Numbered from the stretch's first letter, positions 1 through 10,668 are shown. The stretch: DNA of 64,000 nt from Lysobacterales bacterium (GCA_022844165.1 JALHMH010000012.1:1-64000); one strand, 5' to 3'. Made by a program: numbers and translations. Notes: generated by a model not told the origin, from the letters alone.

Positions 1-147
1 GGCAACACCCGCATCGATCCCGAGCAGCACGAGCTATTCGCCAGGCTCAAGATTCCCGAGCCGACCTGAAACGCGCTTGTAGTGTCAAAAATGACTACCC
101 CGGCGTAGTCGAATCAACAGGTTACGGCGCGAACTGTCGAACTCGGG
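1..147 (+). mobile_element. 3' end of a probable IS1634-family insertion sequence (transposase C-terminus 1-69 and right terminal inverted repeat)
   Basis: Frame 1 reads GNTRIDPEQHELFARLKIPEPT* (stop 67-69), resembling IS1634-family transposase C-termini. It is followed by TGTAGTGTCAAAA and a terminus CTGTCGAACTCGGG (134-147) that I recall as typical of this family. The other end is outside the window. Confidence 0.55.
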
Positions 148-218
148 GTCACCGTTCCTTACGACCGAAGCTTGTATGAGCCACTGCGACTCCCTGGCGC
201 TGGCCACGCCGAGCCCGC

Positions 219-1418
219 ATGAGATATCATCGCGTCATGCGCCGTCCACTCGCACTTTCCCCTCTCCATCTCAATAAAAACAGGCCGTTACGCCGCGCAC
301 TGTCCCGGCCCACCGCAGAAGATTTGTCGCGAGAGATTGAAACGGCGTGGCTGCAGTGCCGTGCTGCGGTGGTCTCGGGAGAAAAGGATATCGTGAAGAA
401 GTTGCATCAGCGTGCGAAAGCACATGACGCGACCACCAACTTCCCTGAGCTGCGCCGATTATTGGATTCGCTGCGGCGCTACTTCCCGGCACCGTCGCGT
501 ATTGAACCGGCTCGCATTTCTCCAGTCTTGGTGCCCGTGAGGCCTGACTCGCTGGAGGAGCGACTGTTTCGCGTGGCTCGCGGCTATTGGTCGATGCCAT
601 ATTCGAAGGGATACGGGCGACGCCTGCGATTCCTTGTGATGGACGAGTACCACGAGGCCCTCATTGGCATCATCGGTTTGCAGTCTCCTTCTGCGGACTT
701 GGCATGCCGGGACAACTACTTGGGCGTCCCGCGTGAAAATAAGCTCGCGGTCGTCAACAATACGCTCGACGCCTACACCGTAGGCGCCACACCGGCATAT
801 GCCCCGTTGCTCGCAGGAAAGCTCGTCGCGGGCTTCCTCTGCTCGCCCAGGATCCGGCAGGACTATTGGGGCATCTACGGAAACCGACAAACAACTCAGC
901 TGAAAAAACGAATTCCGCAGCCCTTGCTGGCCATCACTACCGCCAGCGCGTTCGGTCGCAGCTCAATCTACAATCGCCTGAAGTTTGATGGCCGGCTTCT
1001 GGCGCAGCCCTTGGGGTACACGCGAGGCTACGGGACCGTGCATCTAGAAGAGGTCTACCCTCGAATGGTGGAATGGCTGAATTCGATCGGCAAACACATC
1101 CCGGCCGGCTTCGGGAACGGTCCGAAGGTGCGTTGGCAAAACATCATGAATACCCTCGTCAGCCTGCGGCTTCCGATGAAATTTCTCGAGCACGGGATCT
1201 GCCGCCAAGTATTCCTATTTGAACTTGTCGACAACCTGCACGCGGTCTGCAATGACGAGGCAATGCCGTCGCCCATCGCGTTCGACGATCGCGCGTGGGG
1301 CGATTTTTGGCGCGAGCGCTGGTGCCTGCCGCGCGCCGAGCGCGATCCGGACTGGCATGAATTTCCAGCCCGAATCCAGCTGCGCGAAGCGCTGACGCCA
1401 CATTCAGTCGATTCCTAG
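219..1418 (+). CDS. druA: DUF4338 domain protein, Druantia DruA-like
   Basis: 399 aa (start may be ATG 237). Motifs WSMPYSKGYGRRLRFLVMD, IGIIGLQSP, GKLVA, TTASAFGRSSIYNRL and GFGNGP match DUF4338/DruA. Adjacent to a DruE-type helicase. Confidence 0.8.
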   Translation: MRYHRVMRRPLALSPLHLNKNRPLRRALSRPTAEDLSREIETAWLQCRAAVVSGEKDIVKKLHQRAKAHDATTNFPELRRLLDSLRRYFPAPSRIEPARISPVLVPVRPDSLEERLFRVARGYWSMPYSKGYGRRLRFLVMDEYHEALIGIIGLQSPSADLACRDNYLGVPRENKLAVVNNTLDAYTVGATPAYAPLLAGKLVAGFLCSPRIRQDYWGIYGNRQTTQLKKRIPQPLLAITTASAFGRSSIYNRLKFDGRLLAQPLGYTRGYGTVHLEEVYPRMVEWLNSIGKHIPAGFGNGPKVRWQNIMNTLVSLRLPMKFLEHGICRQVFLFELVDNLHAVCNDEAMPSPIAFDDRAWGDFWRERWCLPRAERDPDWHEFPARIQLREALTPHSVDS

Positions 1419-4400
1419 GAATTCACGCACACGGCGTGCCGCCTGCGGCAAGTTTCGGCGCACCAGCAGTTCGTTAAGTACGAGTTCGTCTCCCTGGGGG
1501 CCGGGGACACGCACGAATCCATCCGGTACCTTTAGCGGATGCCCTATGCGAATCCGAGTCGCGTCGCTGCCGCGTCTTACATGGATGGAATCGGTGCCGT
1601 CCTCGACGTTGAAGGTCCATCCCTCAAGTGAACGTTGCAGGTCCCGCGCGAGGAGTTCTTGAGCCGCCACGATGCGTGAACGATTGAACGGGGCGAGCTC
1701 ACCTTGTATGAGGTAGCGAAGCAATGCGCTTCCTACATGCCGATCGATCTGCCGATGGTCGGGACGGTTGCGGAACGTCCGCAGGCAGCGATAGCAGGAT
1801 GAGTCGCATTGGTCGGGGCATTCCTCAAGTCGCGTCAACGCGGCCTTGAGTAGATCGTTCGTCTGCCGAGCCACCTCGCGGGAATAGCCGGCGCCTCCAG
1901 GCAGGGTGTCGTATAGGAAAAGTTCGGCTTCTTCGCCGCGAACGCCAGCCTCGGTCAGTGCCGGACGATACTCAGCCACGATCTCACCGGCCTCGATTTC
2001 CAGCACGGACTCGGTCGCCGCTCGAGCAAGGGCTTCGGCAAGGGTTCGCAGCGCCACGCCCGTGACCGAAGCACCCGGTGGCAGACGAACTTGCGCGCCG
2101 AATGACAAGGACAGCAAGGCGACGTCGGAGTAGAAGTCTGTACCCAGGACGATGTGATGGGAAACTGCGCCCGGGCAATGCTGATCCTCAGGGTCTGGAT
2201 ACGGCTTCTGGTGGGCGCCTGCCAGGAGGCCGGTGTGCATGTGGCTGGCCTCGATCAGCCCACAACGGACACAGTATTCGAAGCCATCGTGTGCCGGGCC
2301 GACGTTACTGACCAGCAACTGATCTCGCGCTGGGATCACGCGCACACGAGCGTTGACGGGTTCCCAACCCTCTGCGTCCTCTGAGCGCAGCGTCAACTTG
2401 GCGCGCGTGGCGTAGCTTGGAGGAATGATCACGTCTGGGCGTACGCCAGGCACCACATCCTGTCGATGCGCAAATCCCGGTGGGCGAAACCAGTAGCGGA
2501 CGGGTCCCAGCGTCGCCTCGCCCTTGCACGCGAGGCAATCCAGAGTCGCCTTGAGCTCGACCGTGCCCCCCACGGCCCATCGATCCGAGTAGCCGCAGCG
2601 ACGGCACTCGGCGTAGAGCATCTTGTCGTGCCAAGCTTTGGGACGCTCCTCCCGCATCGACGAATACACCGCGCCGGAGCGGTACATCTTGTTGTCGATC
2701 CAAAGTTCCTTACCGGGCGCGTACTGGCTCAACGCGGCCGTCATGCCCTGGCTGGGCGAGTACTTCAAGCGGGCGCGATAAGAGGTGCTCTCCGCGTTGT
2801 CGAAGACGTGGAAAGTTGCCACGTCGGTCGGGAACGCATATCGGGGCAAGACGCCTTTGTAAAGCAAACGGTCCAGCAGCATCTTGCTGTCAGCAGTGGG
2901 CCGCGGCGGCGTGGGTTCATCGGGTTCCTCTGGCGTATCGGCGTTGGAGTCGAATTCCGGCACCAACTCGGGGCGCGGCGTCGAATCACCATTGTCGTTC
3001 AGCGCCTTTTCTAGGGCGATGATTAGCGTCGCAATCATCCCGTCGAGCATGCGCTTGCGCCTCGTGGGTTCGACCTTGAATGGCACTATGTGCTCGGCGC
3101 GCCCGCGCAGGAACGCTTCGTTACGTCGCAAGTAGGCTTCGAGGTCATGAATGTTGAGCGCCGTTCCGTGTGAGCGAAAATCGCCAACGGTCCCCAATAC
3201 AGCGAACAGCTGCGCATTGGGCACCAGCTGCTTAGATTGCAGATAGGCCTGCAGGAGGAACGCGTGCAGATGGCGCTCGGCGATCTCCGGGTTGTCCAGA
3301 CTTAGCGTGGGATCGACCACGCGTCCTGAGATCATTTCCGCAGGTTTGGTGAAGAAGTGCTCGTCATGTGTGTCCGAGCCTGCGAAGGCGACTACGCTTG
3401 CCAACGCATTGGCGCGTCGGCCCGCGCGGCCGGCGCGCTGCTGATAGTTGGCGCGCGAGGGTGGCATGTTGCGCAGTGCGACGCCCGACAGTTGCCCAAT
3501 GTCGATACCAACCTCCATCGTCGTCGTGCTCGACAACACGTCGACCGCAGGGAGCGGCAGTCCACTTTCATCGTCGGAGGGCACGATCACGTCCTGGAAT
3601 AGCAACTCGTTGCGCTCACCCTTGGAGAACACATCCTCCGGCTGCGCAGCATTGAGCTGCGCGGTGTGCTCGGCCGCTATCAGGGCCAATGAGATGTCCT
3701 CAAGATGACCATCGAGCGCCGCGGTGATCGGGCGGCGGTAGAAGCCCTTGCGGCGTTGGAAATACTCGTCGTGATCGGGGTCGAAGGCGACTACTTGTGG
3801 ACTCTTGCACTTCAGGCAAACCGTGAAAGCCGCGCAGGGGCGTTGCGGCACCTTGCACACTTCGCACCGTCGCCACTCACCTTGCAAATCAAGCGCCAGC
3901 TGTATCCCTGCTAATCGGAACTGCTTCCCACTAGGATGACAAAGCTTCTTGGTCAGCCAGGGCAACCAATCGGCTTTGAACTTCTTTCGCGCAGTGTCCG
4001 GCAGCAGTTTCGTAAAACGATCAAAGGCAGCGCCACGCGTACGCACCTTGATGTCCGAGTCGCCGCCCGTCGTTGTCCACTCCGGGGGCATTTCCTTGAG
4101 GAAGAAGCCATAACGCTTCCACTCGCGAAGCCACGCCACGCACAGTTGTCGCTTCTCTTCCGCTGTGACCGCAGCGCCCGGCAAGTCCGGGAGATTGGCA
4201 ATCTCCGGCAACAAGTCGCGTCGCGGGCCCAGCGAGCCCAATGCGAGTGCTTCCAGTCCGGTGAGGCCATGCTGGATCGACTCCACCATCGCTGCTAGCA
4301 GGGCTTCGGGAGGATCGTAGCCGGAGACATCGAGCACGATCTGTGACATGCCCTCCGACCTTTCATGCGCGCGCTCTCGGACTAAGTCACCGACCTTGTC

Positions 4401-6863
4401 GTAGATATCGAAGGGACGATGCTCCTCGCGCGCCGGGCGCAAGCGAACGCGGAGCATGTGTGCACCGACCAAGGTGGCTGCATAAAGGTGTTGAAGCGAT
4501 GGACGCGAGTGTAGCTTCGCCATCTGCTGCCAGCCCACCGCCAACGAGGCTCGCACCGCGTCCTTGGAGGCAAGGTCCTGCAGCACGGGCGCCAACCTTG
4601 CTGCGACCTGGCGAGAATCGGAGAACACGAGTACTTTGCGTCCGCCCAATGGGGCGAGTTCGGTCGGCTTGCGGCTCGGCGGCTGCAATTGGAGCTGGCG
4701 GCTGATGAGGTTCTGAAGCGGCTGGTCGCCCTTGGTTTCGTGATCCTGCACGGGCGATTCGGTGTAATGGCTGCTTTCCCCGCAGGAACCGCATTTCGTG
4801 AAACGGCCGGGGATGCCCGAAGTCTCGGGCTCATCATCTTCCTCGTCAGACTTTTTCCGCTTGGTCGGGATGGACGCGAGGTAGACCGTGCGTGTGCGCT
4901 CGGTTGGACGGTGCCAGTCGATTTCCCCGGTGATCAGGTCGAACGTCGCTGGTGTCGCGTTCTCCAGCCGTGGCTCGCTCAGCATCAAGTCGATCGCCGA
5001 CAGCGGTTCGGCCGTCTCCTGCTCGAAGTGGAGTCGCGTCCCGGCTTCGGGCCAAACCATCGTGGGGTGGGCGGGGTTCGGGCTGAACCCACGCGCATAC
5101 GCCGTGCCGCAGTAGCGGCACGTATAGAGCTCCAAGACGATGGCATTGCACGACTCGCAGCGCTCGCGTGGTTGCGTATAGAGTCGACCAGCGACTTTGC
5201 CCGCGCTGCCCGAGCACTTCGGGTCCATGCAGATCCAAAGCCCGCGCAGTCCGCGGAAGAACGAATGAACGCGGGCAGGCAGCAAGCTTGCTCCATCGCC
5301 TTCGTCCTTGGCGTAACTTGCCAACGCGGAGAGCGCCAGGGTCGCAGTGGCCGCGACGTGAGGCGAGATCCCCTCGAACACCATCGAGGGGAGCTCTGAG
5401 GTAGGTTGGGCGTGGCCCATCGTCAGGTTGACCAAATGGGCCAGAGGGCCGAAACAGGAGAGCGCGCGATAGAGCAGCGCCGCCGTCGAGCCGACACCAG
5501 CCACGCCTTGCATCGTCAGAAACGGGTCCACCACAAGGCGGCGCTGAACCTCGTCGCCATGGTGAAACGCCGCAAGATCCATAGATGCCAGCAATCGGGC
5601 TTCGTGCGGCTTTCCCACGCGCGCGTGCTCACGATGGGCGAGCGTGCCTTCCACTGAGCGGACCTGCGCAAGCTCCGTGTCGGTGAGTTCGGCCGTGAAG
5701 GCCCGTGCGCCTTCTGGGTTGCTAAAGCTCGCGGTTGAGCAGATGACCTGGAACTGCTCGTTGTCGATACCAAGGCGATCGCGCAACCGCCGGACCAGCA
5801 GCGCTACCTCGGTACCCGCGGCTCCTCGATACAGGTGCGCCTCGTCCAGAATCAGTGTGAACCGGTTTCCCCTAGACGCTGCCAGCCAACTTGCAGTGTG
5901 GTCGAAAATTTCTCGCTCCACCGGGCGCATCAACATGTACTCGAGCATCGAGTAGTTAGTGACAACGATGTCCGCAGGCGCCCTGTGCACTTCGTGGCGC
6001 GTGATGAGCTCAGCGTCGTCCGGAAGAGTGACGGCGCGCGTCGCGCGGCGCGCGGCGTCCTCCCATCTAGAGCCGGGTGCGCCGAACCAGGCGGATACAT
6101 CCGGCTTGGCTGGCCACTTTCCGCGCGACTTCAAGTCCTCCACGAGCGAGCGGGCGTCGGAGTCGCCCCCAGCGGCCTTTTCCGCGAGCGACACATAGAA
6201 ATGACCGAAAGATCTCAGGTTGCGCAAGTCGCCTTTTGCGGTGCGCATTCCGGCATACGGCGTGCGGCTGGTGTATCGCGCAAACCGCGCGGGCCGTCCC
6301 GCCCAGGATTTGAACAACGCGACGATGCGCGGATCCCCGAACATGCTGCGCAGGCGAGAGAGCTGGTCATTAACTAGCGCGTTCATGGGGTAGAGCACCA
6401 TGGTACGAACCGCCGGCCTCTTGAACTGCGCTGGCCGGTCCTTGGCTTCTTCGGCCAGCTTGCACAGTACAGGCATCAGGAAGGACTCAGTCTTGCCCGA
6501 ACCGGTACCAGTCATGATGACGAGGTTCTTGCCTTCCACGGCGCCTTGGGTGATGGCATCGGCTTGGTGAACATACGGAGGATTGAAAAGCACCGATTTG
6601 CCGTGAGCATTCCGCGTCGAGAGCGCTACCAGTGCCTCTAGCGCAGCCGGATGCAGCCGTGCGATTTCCTCGAAGTGCGGGCCCGGGAGGTAGCGAGGCG
6701 TGGACTCCAGAAAGGGGGCTTGGTGGATAACACCGAGCGTTTCCAAGGCCGCGGTGCGCTGACGCAGCAGATCTGGGTCGCTGATGTGATACGTCGCTTC
6801 GATGTACCCGATCAGGGTATCGCGCAACTCTTGGGCCAAACCGTGGATCGAGGCGTCGTTCAT
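1404..6863 (-). CDS. druE: Large DEAD/DEAH-box helicase with Zn ribbons and C-terminal DUF1998 (Druantia DruE-like)
   Basis: 1819 aa. Walker A TGTGSGKT, LYPMNALVNDQ, LDEAH, FSDSRQ, STTTMEVGIDIG, QRAGRAGRR, several CxxC pairs, and DUF1998-type LYDTLPGGAGYS...CDSSCYRCL. Confidence 0.85.
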   Translation of the reverse strand: MNDASIHGLAQELRDTLIGYIEATYHISDPDLLRQRTAALETLGVIHQAPFLESTPRYLPGPHFEEIARLHPAALEALVALSTRNAHGKSVLFNPPYVHQADAITQGAVEGKNLVIMTGTGSGKTESFLMPVLCKLAEEAKDRPAQFKRPAVRTMVLYPMNALVNDQLSRLRSMFGDPRIVALFKSWAGRPARFARYTSRTPYAGMRTAKGDLRNLRSFGHFYVSLAEKAAGGDSDARSLVEDLKSRGKWPAKPDVSAWFGAPGSRWEDAARRATRAVTLPDDAELITRHEVHRAPADIVVTNYSMLEYMLMRPVEREIFDHTASWLAASRGNRFTLILDEAHLYRGAAGTEVALLVRRLRDRLGIDNEQFQVICSTASFSNPEGARAFTAELTDTELAQVRSVEGTLAHREHARVGKPHEARLLASMDLAAFHHGDEVQRRLVVDPFLTMQGVAGVGSTAALLYRALSCFGPLAHLVNLTMGHAQPTSELPSMVFEGISPHVAATATLALSALASYAKDEGDGASLLPARVHSFFRGLRGLWICMDPKCSGSAGKVAGRLYTQPRERCESCNAIVLELYTCRYCGTAYARGFSPNPAHPTMVWPEAGTRLHFEQETAEPLSAIDLMLSEPRLENATPATFDLITGEIDWHRPTERTRTVYLASIPTKRKKSDEEDDEPETSGIPGRFTKCGSCGESSHYTESPVQDHETKGDQPLQNLISRQLQLQPPSRKPTELAPLGGRKVLVFSDSRQVAARLAPVLQDLASKDAVRASLAVGWQQMAKLHSRPSLQHLYAATLVGAHMLRVRLRPAREEHRPFDIYDKVGDLVRERAHERSEGMSQIVLDVSGYDPPEALLAAMVESIQHGLTGLEALALGSLGPRRDLLPEIANLPDLPGAAVTAEEKRQLCVAWLREWKRYGFFLKEMPPEWTTTGGDSDIKVRTRGAAFDRFTKLLPDTARKKFKADWLPWLTKKLCHPSGKQFRLAGIQLALDLQGEWRRCEVCKVPQRPCAAFTVCLKCKSPQVVAFDPDHDEYFQRRKGFYRRPITAALDGHLEDISLALIAAEHTAQLNAAQPEDVFSKGERNELLFQDVIVPSDDESGLPLPAVDVLSSTTTMEVGIDIGQLSGVALRNMPPSRANYQQRAGRAGRRANALASVVAFAGSDTHDEHFFTKPAEMISGRVVDPTLSLDNPEIAERHLHAFLLQAYLQSKQLVPNAQLFAVLGTVGDFRSHGTALNIHDLEAYLRRNEAFLRGRAEHIVPFKVEPTRRKRMLDGMIATLIIALEKALNDNGDSTPRPELVPEFDSNADTPEEPDEPTPPRPTADSKMLLDRLLYKGVLPRYAFPTDVATFHVFDNAESTSYRARLKYSPSQGMTAALSQYAPGKELWIDNKMYRSGAVYSSMREERPKAWHDKMLYAECRRCGYSDRWAVGGTVELKATLDCLACKGEATLGPVRYWFRPPGFAHRQDVVPGVRPDVIIPPSYATRAKLTLRSEDAEGWEPVNARVRVIPARDQLLVSNVGPAHDGFEYCVRCGLIEASHMHTGLLAGAHQKPYPDPEDQHCPGAVSHHIVLGTDFYSDVALLSLSFGAQVRLPPGASVTGVALRTLAEALARAATESVLEIEAGEIVAEYRPALTEAGVRGEEAELFLYDTLPGGAGYSREVARQTNDLLKAALTRLEECPDQCDSSCYRCLRTFRNRPDHRQIDRHVGSALLRYLIQGELAPFNRSRIVAAQELLARDLQRSLEGWTFNVEDGTDSIHVRRGSDATRIRIGHPLKVPDGFVRVPGPQGDELVLNELLVRRNLPQAARRVREFLGID

Positions 6864-6865
6864 GC

Positions 6866-7936
6866 CTAAACATCCGTCAAAGTTGAAAATCCGAGTGCAT
6901 CAAGCACTTGGCGGGCTGCCATCAGCACATCGCGCTGAAGACGAAAGTCATATGGCAATGATGTGCTGGGACGTGTACCTCCCAGATGCAACAGTCGGGC
7001 ACGCTCGCGTTGGGGCAACGGAAAGCCCACCCTCAGGTGTGCGACGCTTTCGTCAAGCCGGACTTGGTATTGGTCGGGCGAGCCCTGGTGACGATCAATG
7101 GCCAGTTGCAGGCGCCATGCCGCATCGCAACCGCGGTCATCGCGCAACTCACGTAATGGCAGGCGCAGGAAACGCGCCGGCCGCGCATCGTGGTCGGCCA
7201 CGACCCAGGCATCGGCCCCATAGAACTGGGGCACGCGCCCGATCTGCAAGCCATGCGCGGCGGGCGCGTCCTCCCATCGTCGGTGATAGGGCGTGCCACC
7301 GCCGGCTGCCAGCCAGCGGAAGCCTTCCGCGCGCTCTAGCCGGTCACTCATCCCCAGCAGGGCGCGATAGTGCGCAATCAGTGCCTCGCCCTGCAAGGCA
7401 TGGTCATCTCGCGTGCTGCGGTCGAGGTCCTCTTCCGACAGGCCGAGCTTGGCGAGAAGGTCGGCACTGGCTTCTACGTCAACGCTCTCAAGGTACCGAA
7501 GCGATCCCGAACAGACCATGTCGGTGCTTACGACGCGCGGAAGGCACGGGGCGTCGTCGGCCGCCACGCCACGTAGGTACAGTCGGCCCAGAGTCCGCGC
7601 GAATCGAGGTGCGGTCAGGAAGATCAGCACAGGTGCTTCTTCCGTGTCGACAAGCAGGCCCTCCTGCTCGGTCAGATCGCCTCCCGCGATGAGGTCATCG
7701 ATAGCTTCATGCAACGCCGTGGTGCCCCCATCGCTTAAAGCCCCCGCCAACGCGCTGGAGGCCTGGACGATGAGCTGCCGACGGGGACATGGCGCGTGGA
7801 TCGCGGCTAGGCGACGCACAACACAGACCACAGTCGTCCAATCCGCGTCGGAATTCATTCCGATGCGCAAGTTGAGGCTTGCCCTCAGCACATCGAGCGG
7901 TGAGTCGCTCACGGCATGTATGCGAAGATCTGTCAC
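6866..7936 (-). CDS. Hypothetical protein, DruD-like by size and position
   Basis: 356 aa. ATGA overlap with the upstream gene and 2 nt before the druE start. No catalytic motif recognised. Confidence 0.6.
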   Translation of the reverse strand: MTDLRIHAVSDSPLDVLRASLNLRIGMNSDADWTTVVCVVRRLAAIHAPCPRRQLIVQASSALAGALSDGGTTALHEAIDDLIAGGDLTEQEGLLVDTEEAPVLIFLTAPRFARTLGRLYLRGVAADDAPCLPRVVSTDMVCSGSLRYLESVDVEASADLLAKLGLSEEDLDRSTRDDHALQGEALIAHYRALLGMSDRLERAEGFRWLAAGGGTPYHRRWEDAPAAHGLQIGRVPQFYGADAWVVADHDARPARFLRLPLRELRDDRGCDAAWRLQLAIDRHQGSPDQYQVRLDESVAHLRVGFPLPQRERARLLHLGGTRPSTSLPYDFRLQRDVLMAARQVLDALGFSTLTDV

Positions 7937-10668
7937 AACGCGATCTCTTCGTCCATACCCAACTGGATCAATCGTGCGCCACGAACCAGAGCAGGCAGCG
8001 CGGGGTCAAGGAGGCTGTCGTCAAGCAGTTTCATCTCATGTGCCAGCTGGGGATCGAACACGAGCCGCCATGCCAGTTCAACAAGCGCGGGGTACTTGCT
8101 CACAGAGAATTGGTCCGAGGCGCTAAAGAACTTGTTTCTTGCCGCCTTGGGGTCTCGAGAACCACGCAGCAGCCCTAAGGCGCGCCCATAGTTGGGCATC
8201 TTGGGAATGACCAGATCATCGAGATCGCGGAGCAGGCGACGATTTCCGAGAAGCTGCTCTTGATCCATCCATGCCTTGCCAGCCAAGACGTGGACCAGGC
8301 GAGTGCGCAGCTTCTTGACCGTTTGGGAATGGCGCAACCTCGCCAAGCGACCGAGGGTTGTTGCTCTCGACCAGAGGGTCAAGGAGGTCAGGAGCCGAAG
8401 CGCATCGCCCTCATCAATTTGTGCGCCCGCGAGTTCCTGAAATCCCGTGAGTTGCGCGGGCGGCGCGGAGACGTCTAGAAGGATTTCGGTTTCGCGCTGC
8501 CGGGCCAGATAGAGTCCATCACGCGCCGGTATGCCCCCAAAGATGTTCGTGAAGTCAATCGGTTCTTCGACGGAAGGGGTTTCCCTACCAAAAAAGCGAA
8601 CCTGCGCCGGTGCGTCATCGTCTGTATGTAACTGGATTTGGAAACCAGCACGCTGTCGGGCCAGCACCCAGCGCAGCGGCGACGGGAACACGGTCAAATC
8701 CTTGCGGTGGCTTCCGAAGCGTTGGCTGACAATTAACAACGCCGCCTGCGTTGCCCCCAACGCGTGGTACGGCAGTTCCGAATCACTAGTCGCAACATCG
8801 AGCTTCTCGTGCCAATCGGAACTTGCAATAGGAGGGCGAAGATGCAGCACATGGTGCTCGTGGCGATTACCGCCACCATCGATTACGAGCAAGGTGACGT
8901 TAATCATGTCGTCAGCGGTGCCCTCGACCCTAAGGTCGGCCACCCCGCTCAGGACCTGCTCAAGCGTCGTACCTTCTGGCCCCATCGAAATTGCCATTGC
9001 CTCCTGCGGGAGGACCCCAGGTTGCCAGACGCTCGGCGCGCGCACGTGGATATGTAGCAGCGCGCTGGTGACACTAGAGGTCGTGACAAGTTTTTTCGTG
9101 CGCTCCACCATCAGCGTGTCGATGCATAACTCATGATCGCCCAGAGTCAATCCGGCAATCTCCAGCAGGAAGTCGCCGGTTTTCGCGCACGGCACCTCGC
9201 GCGACGGTTCCGCGTCCACAGTGACGCGCAGCGCCACAAACTCACGGTCACGTTCCACACGAAGTAGCAAGGGCTCACCGTGCACATACTCGGCGACACC
9301 ATCCTCACGCCAGACGCGCGGCAAGATTCCCCAGGGATGAAGCACAGTGCGCTGCACGACCTCGAAGCCGGCTGTGCGGAAAGCGGCGCGGTCCGCCTCG
9401 GTGAGCACGGCGTCCATCTTCAGCTGGGCCAGGCGCAGGTCTCCCATCGGGCGATCAAGTGTGTCGCCGGGCAACATCTTGGATTTGTCCAATGTGCCGA
9501 CGAGATAACTCGCTCCGGGCAACAGCGTGGGTGTCGATTGCAACCATGCACTGCCATCTCTTCGAACCTTGAACACCCACAACTCGCGAGGTGCCAAGAT
9601 GCAATCGCGGGTCAGCAGTGCCGCGTCCGGCGCGTCGGACGGCAAGAAGTGCAGCAAGGGATTTCCAGGCTTAGGGAAACCGCCGAGCGGGCGCTTCCGA
9701 GGAGCGGCGTTGCAGAGCTCACGCGCCGAAAAAGCCTGCGTGTGATTCCCGGACACCGAAAAACGCAATTGATCCATCGACCGCGCAAGTGACGGCATTT
9801 CCGCTATCAAGCCAATGGCTGAGCTGGGATATACGAACGGCTGCCAATGACCGTTGGTATCTTTTTCGAGAACGATATCGGGGCAAAAGCGCGGCCGGGC
9901 AACCGCACTCTCTTTCGCCCGCATCGCTGGCGTCGCCACGCGGATCTCTGGACGGCAGAGCGCGCGCACATCGCTAAGGAGAGTCTCTGCCTCAGCCTTC
10001 GAGCTCACGTCTGCGACGATGCGCCGCAAGGTGTGTTGAGCTAACCCGTCCTGGCTCGCCTTTGGCTGGAGCAACATACGCACCAATGACCCAACGAAGG
10101 CTTCGCGCTGCAGCAATCGTTCGAACCTGTCACCGTGCGGGACCCAATGCCGGGCGATAGTTTTGCCCACCTCCTCGTCATCGAGAGCATCAATACCGAA
10201 GAGGTAATGGCGAGCGTTGTGAATCGCGCGTGCTAGTTGTACCTGCAGGTCAGTCGGAAGGATCGCGTGCGTGATCGGCCATGCAATGAGGCAGAACTGC
10301 GCCGCCCACGCGCCGCTTGGCCGCGCGCCGCCGTACTCCTTGGCGAACCGCTCGAACCATCGCGCGAGGCGATTGCGGTCGCTGAATTCCCACTCGGGCA
10401 CACGCTTCTGCAGGCGCGGCCAGTAATCGGAGCCGCTGTAGGAGTAGCCCAACTCCGTCGCAGCCACAAGCCAGCCGAGCCAATGGTCCTGTCGTGCACC
10501 GAGTTTCCGATAATCCCAGCGAAGCTGCTTCGTCAACTCCGCGCACTCCTCGGCCGACAGCGGATGCTCCAGTACGTAGACGGGCGCCTGGGAGTTTCGA
10601 ACACGGGACGCTTTGAGCGCATGAAAATGCTCATGCAAACGGCGACAAGTCTCGTCCAGTGATCTCAT
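7933..10668 (-). CDS. Large hypothetical protein heading the Druantia-like operon (possible DruB/DruC fusion)
   Basis: 911 aa. Trp/aromatic-rich N-terminal domain (ELGYSYSGSDYW, IAWPITHAILP) followed by beta-rich segments. Translationally coupled to the next gene. Confidence 0.6.
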   Translation of the reverse strand: MRSLDETCRRLHEHFHALKASRVRNSQAPVYVLEHPLSAEECAELTKQLRWDYRKLGARQDHWLGWLVAATELGYSYSGSDYWPRLQKRVPEWEFSDRNRLARWFERFAKEYGGARPSGAWAAQFCLIAWPITHAILPTDLQVQLARAIHNARHYLFGIDALDDEEVGKTIARHWVPHGDRFERLLQREAFVGSLVRMLLQPKASQDGLAQHTLRRIVADVSSKAEAETLLSDVRALCRPEIRVATPAMRAKESAVARPRFCPDIVLEKDTNGHWQPFVYPSSAIGLIAEMPSLARSMDQLRFSVSGNHTQAFSARELCNAAPRKRPLGGFPKPGNPLLHFLPSDAPDAALLTRDCILAPRELWVFKVRRDGSAWLQSTPTLLPGASYLVGTLDKSKMLPGDTLDRPMGDLRLAQLKMDAVLTEADRAAFRTAGFEVVQRTVLHPWGILPRVWREDGVAEYVHGEPLLLRVERDREFVALRVTVDAEPSREVPCAKTGDFLLEIAGLTLGDHELCIDTLMVERTKKLVTTSSVTSALLHIHVRAPSVWQPGVLPQEAMAISMGPEGTTLEQVLSGVADLRVEGTADDMINVTLLVIDGGGNRHEHHVLHLRPPIASSDWHEKLDVATSDSELPYHALGATQAALLIVSQRFGSHRKDLTVFPSPLRWVLARQRAGFQIQLHTDDDAPAQVRFFGRETPSVEEPIDFTNIFGGIPARDGLYLARQRETEILLDVSAPPAQLTGFQELAGAQIDEGDALRLLTSLTLWSRATTLGRLARLRHSQTVKKLRTRLVHVLAGKAWMDQEQLLGNRRLLRDLDDLVIPKMPNYGRALGLLRGSRDPKAARNKFFSASDQFSVSKYPALVELAWRLVFDPQLAHEMKLLDDSLLDPALPALVRGARLIQLGMDEEIAL

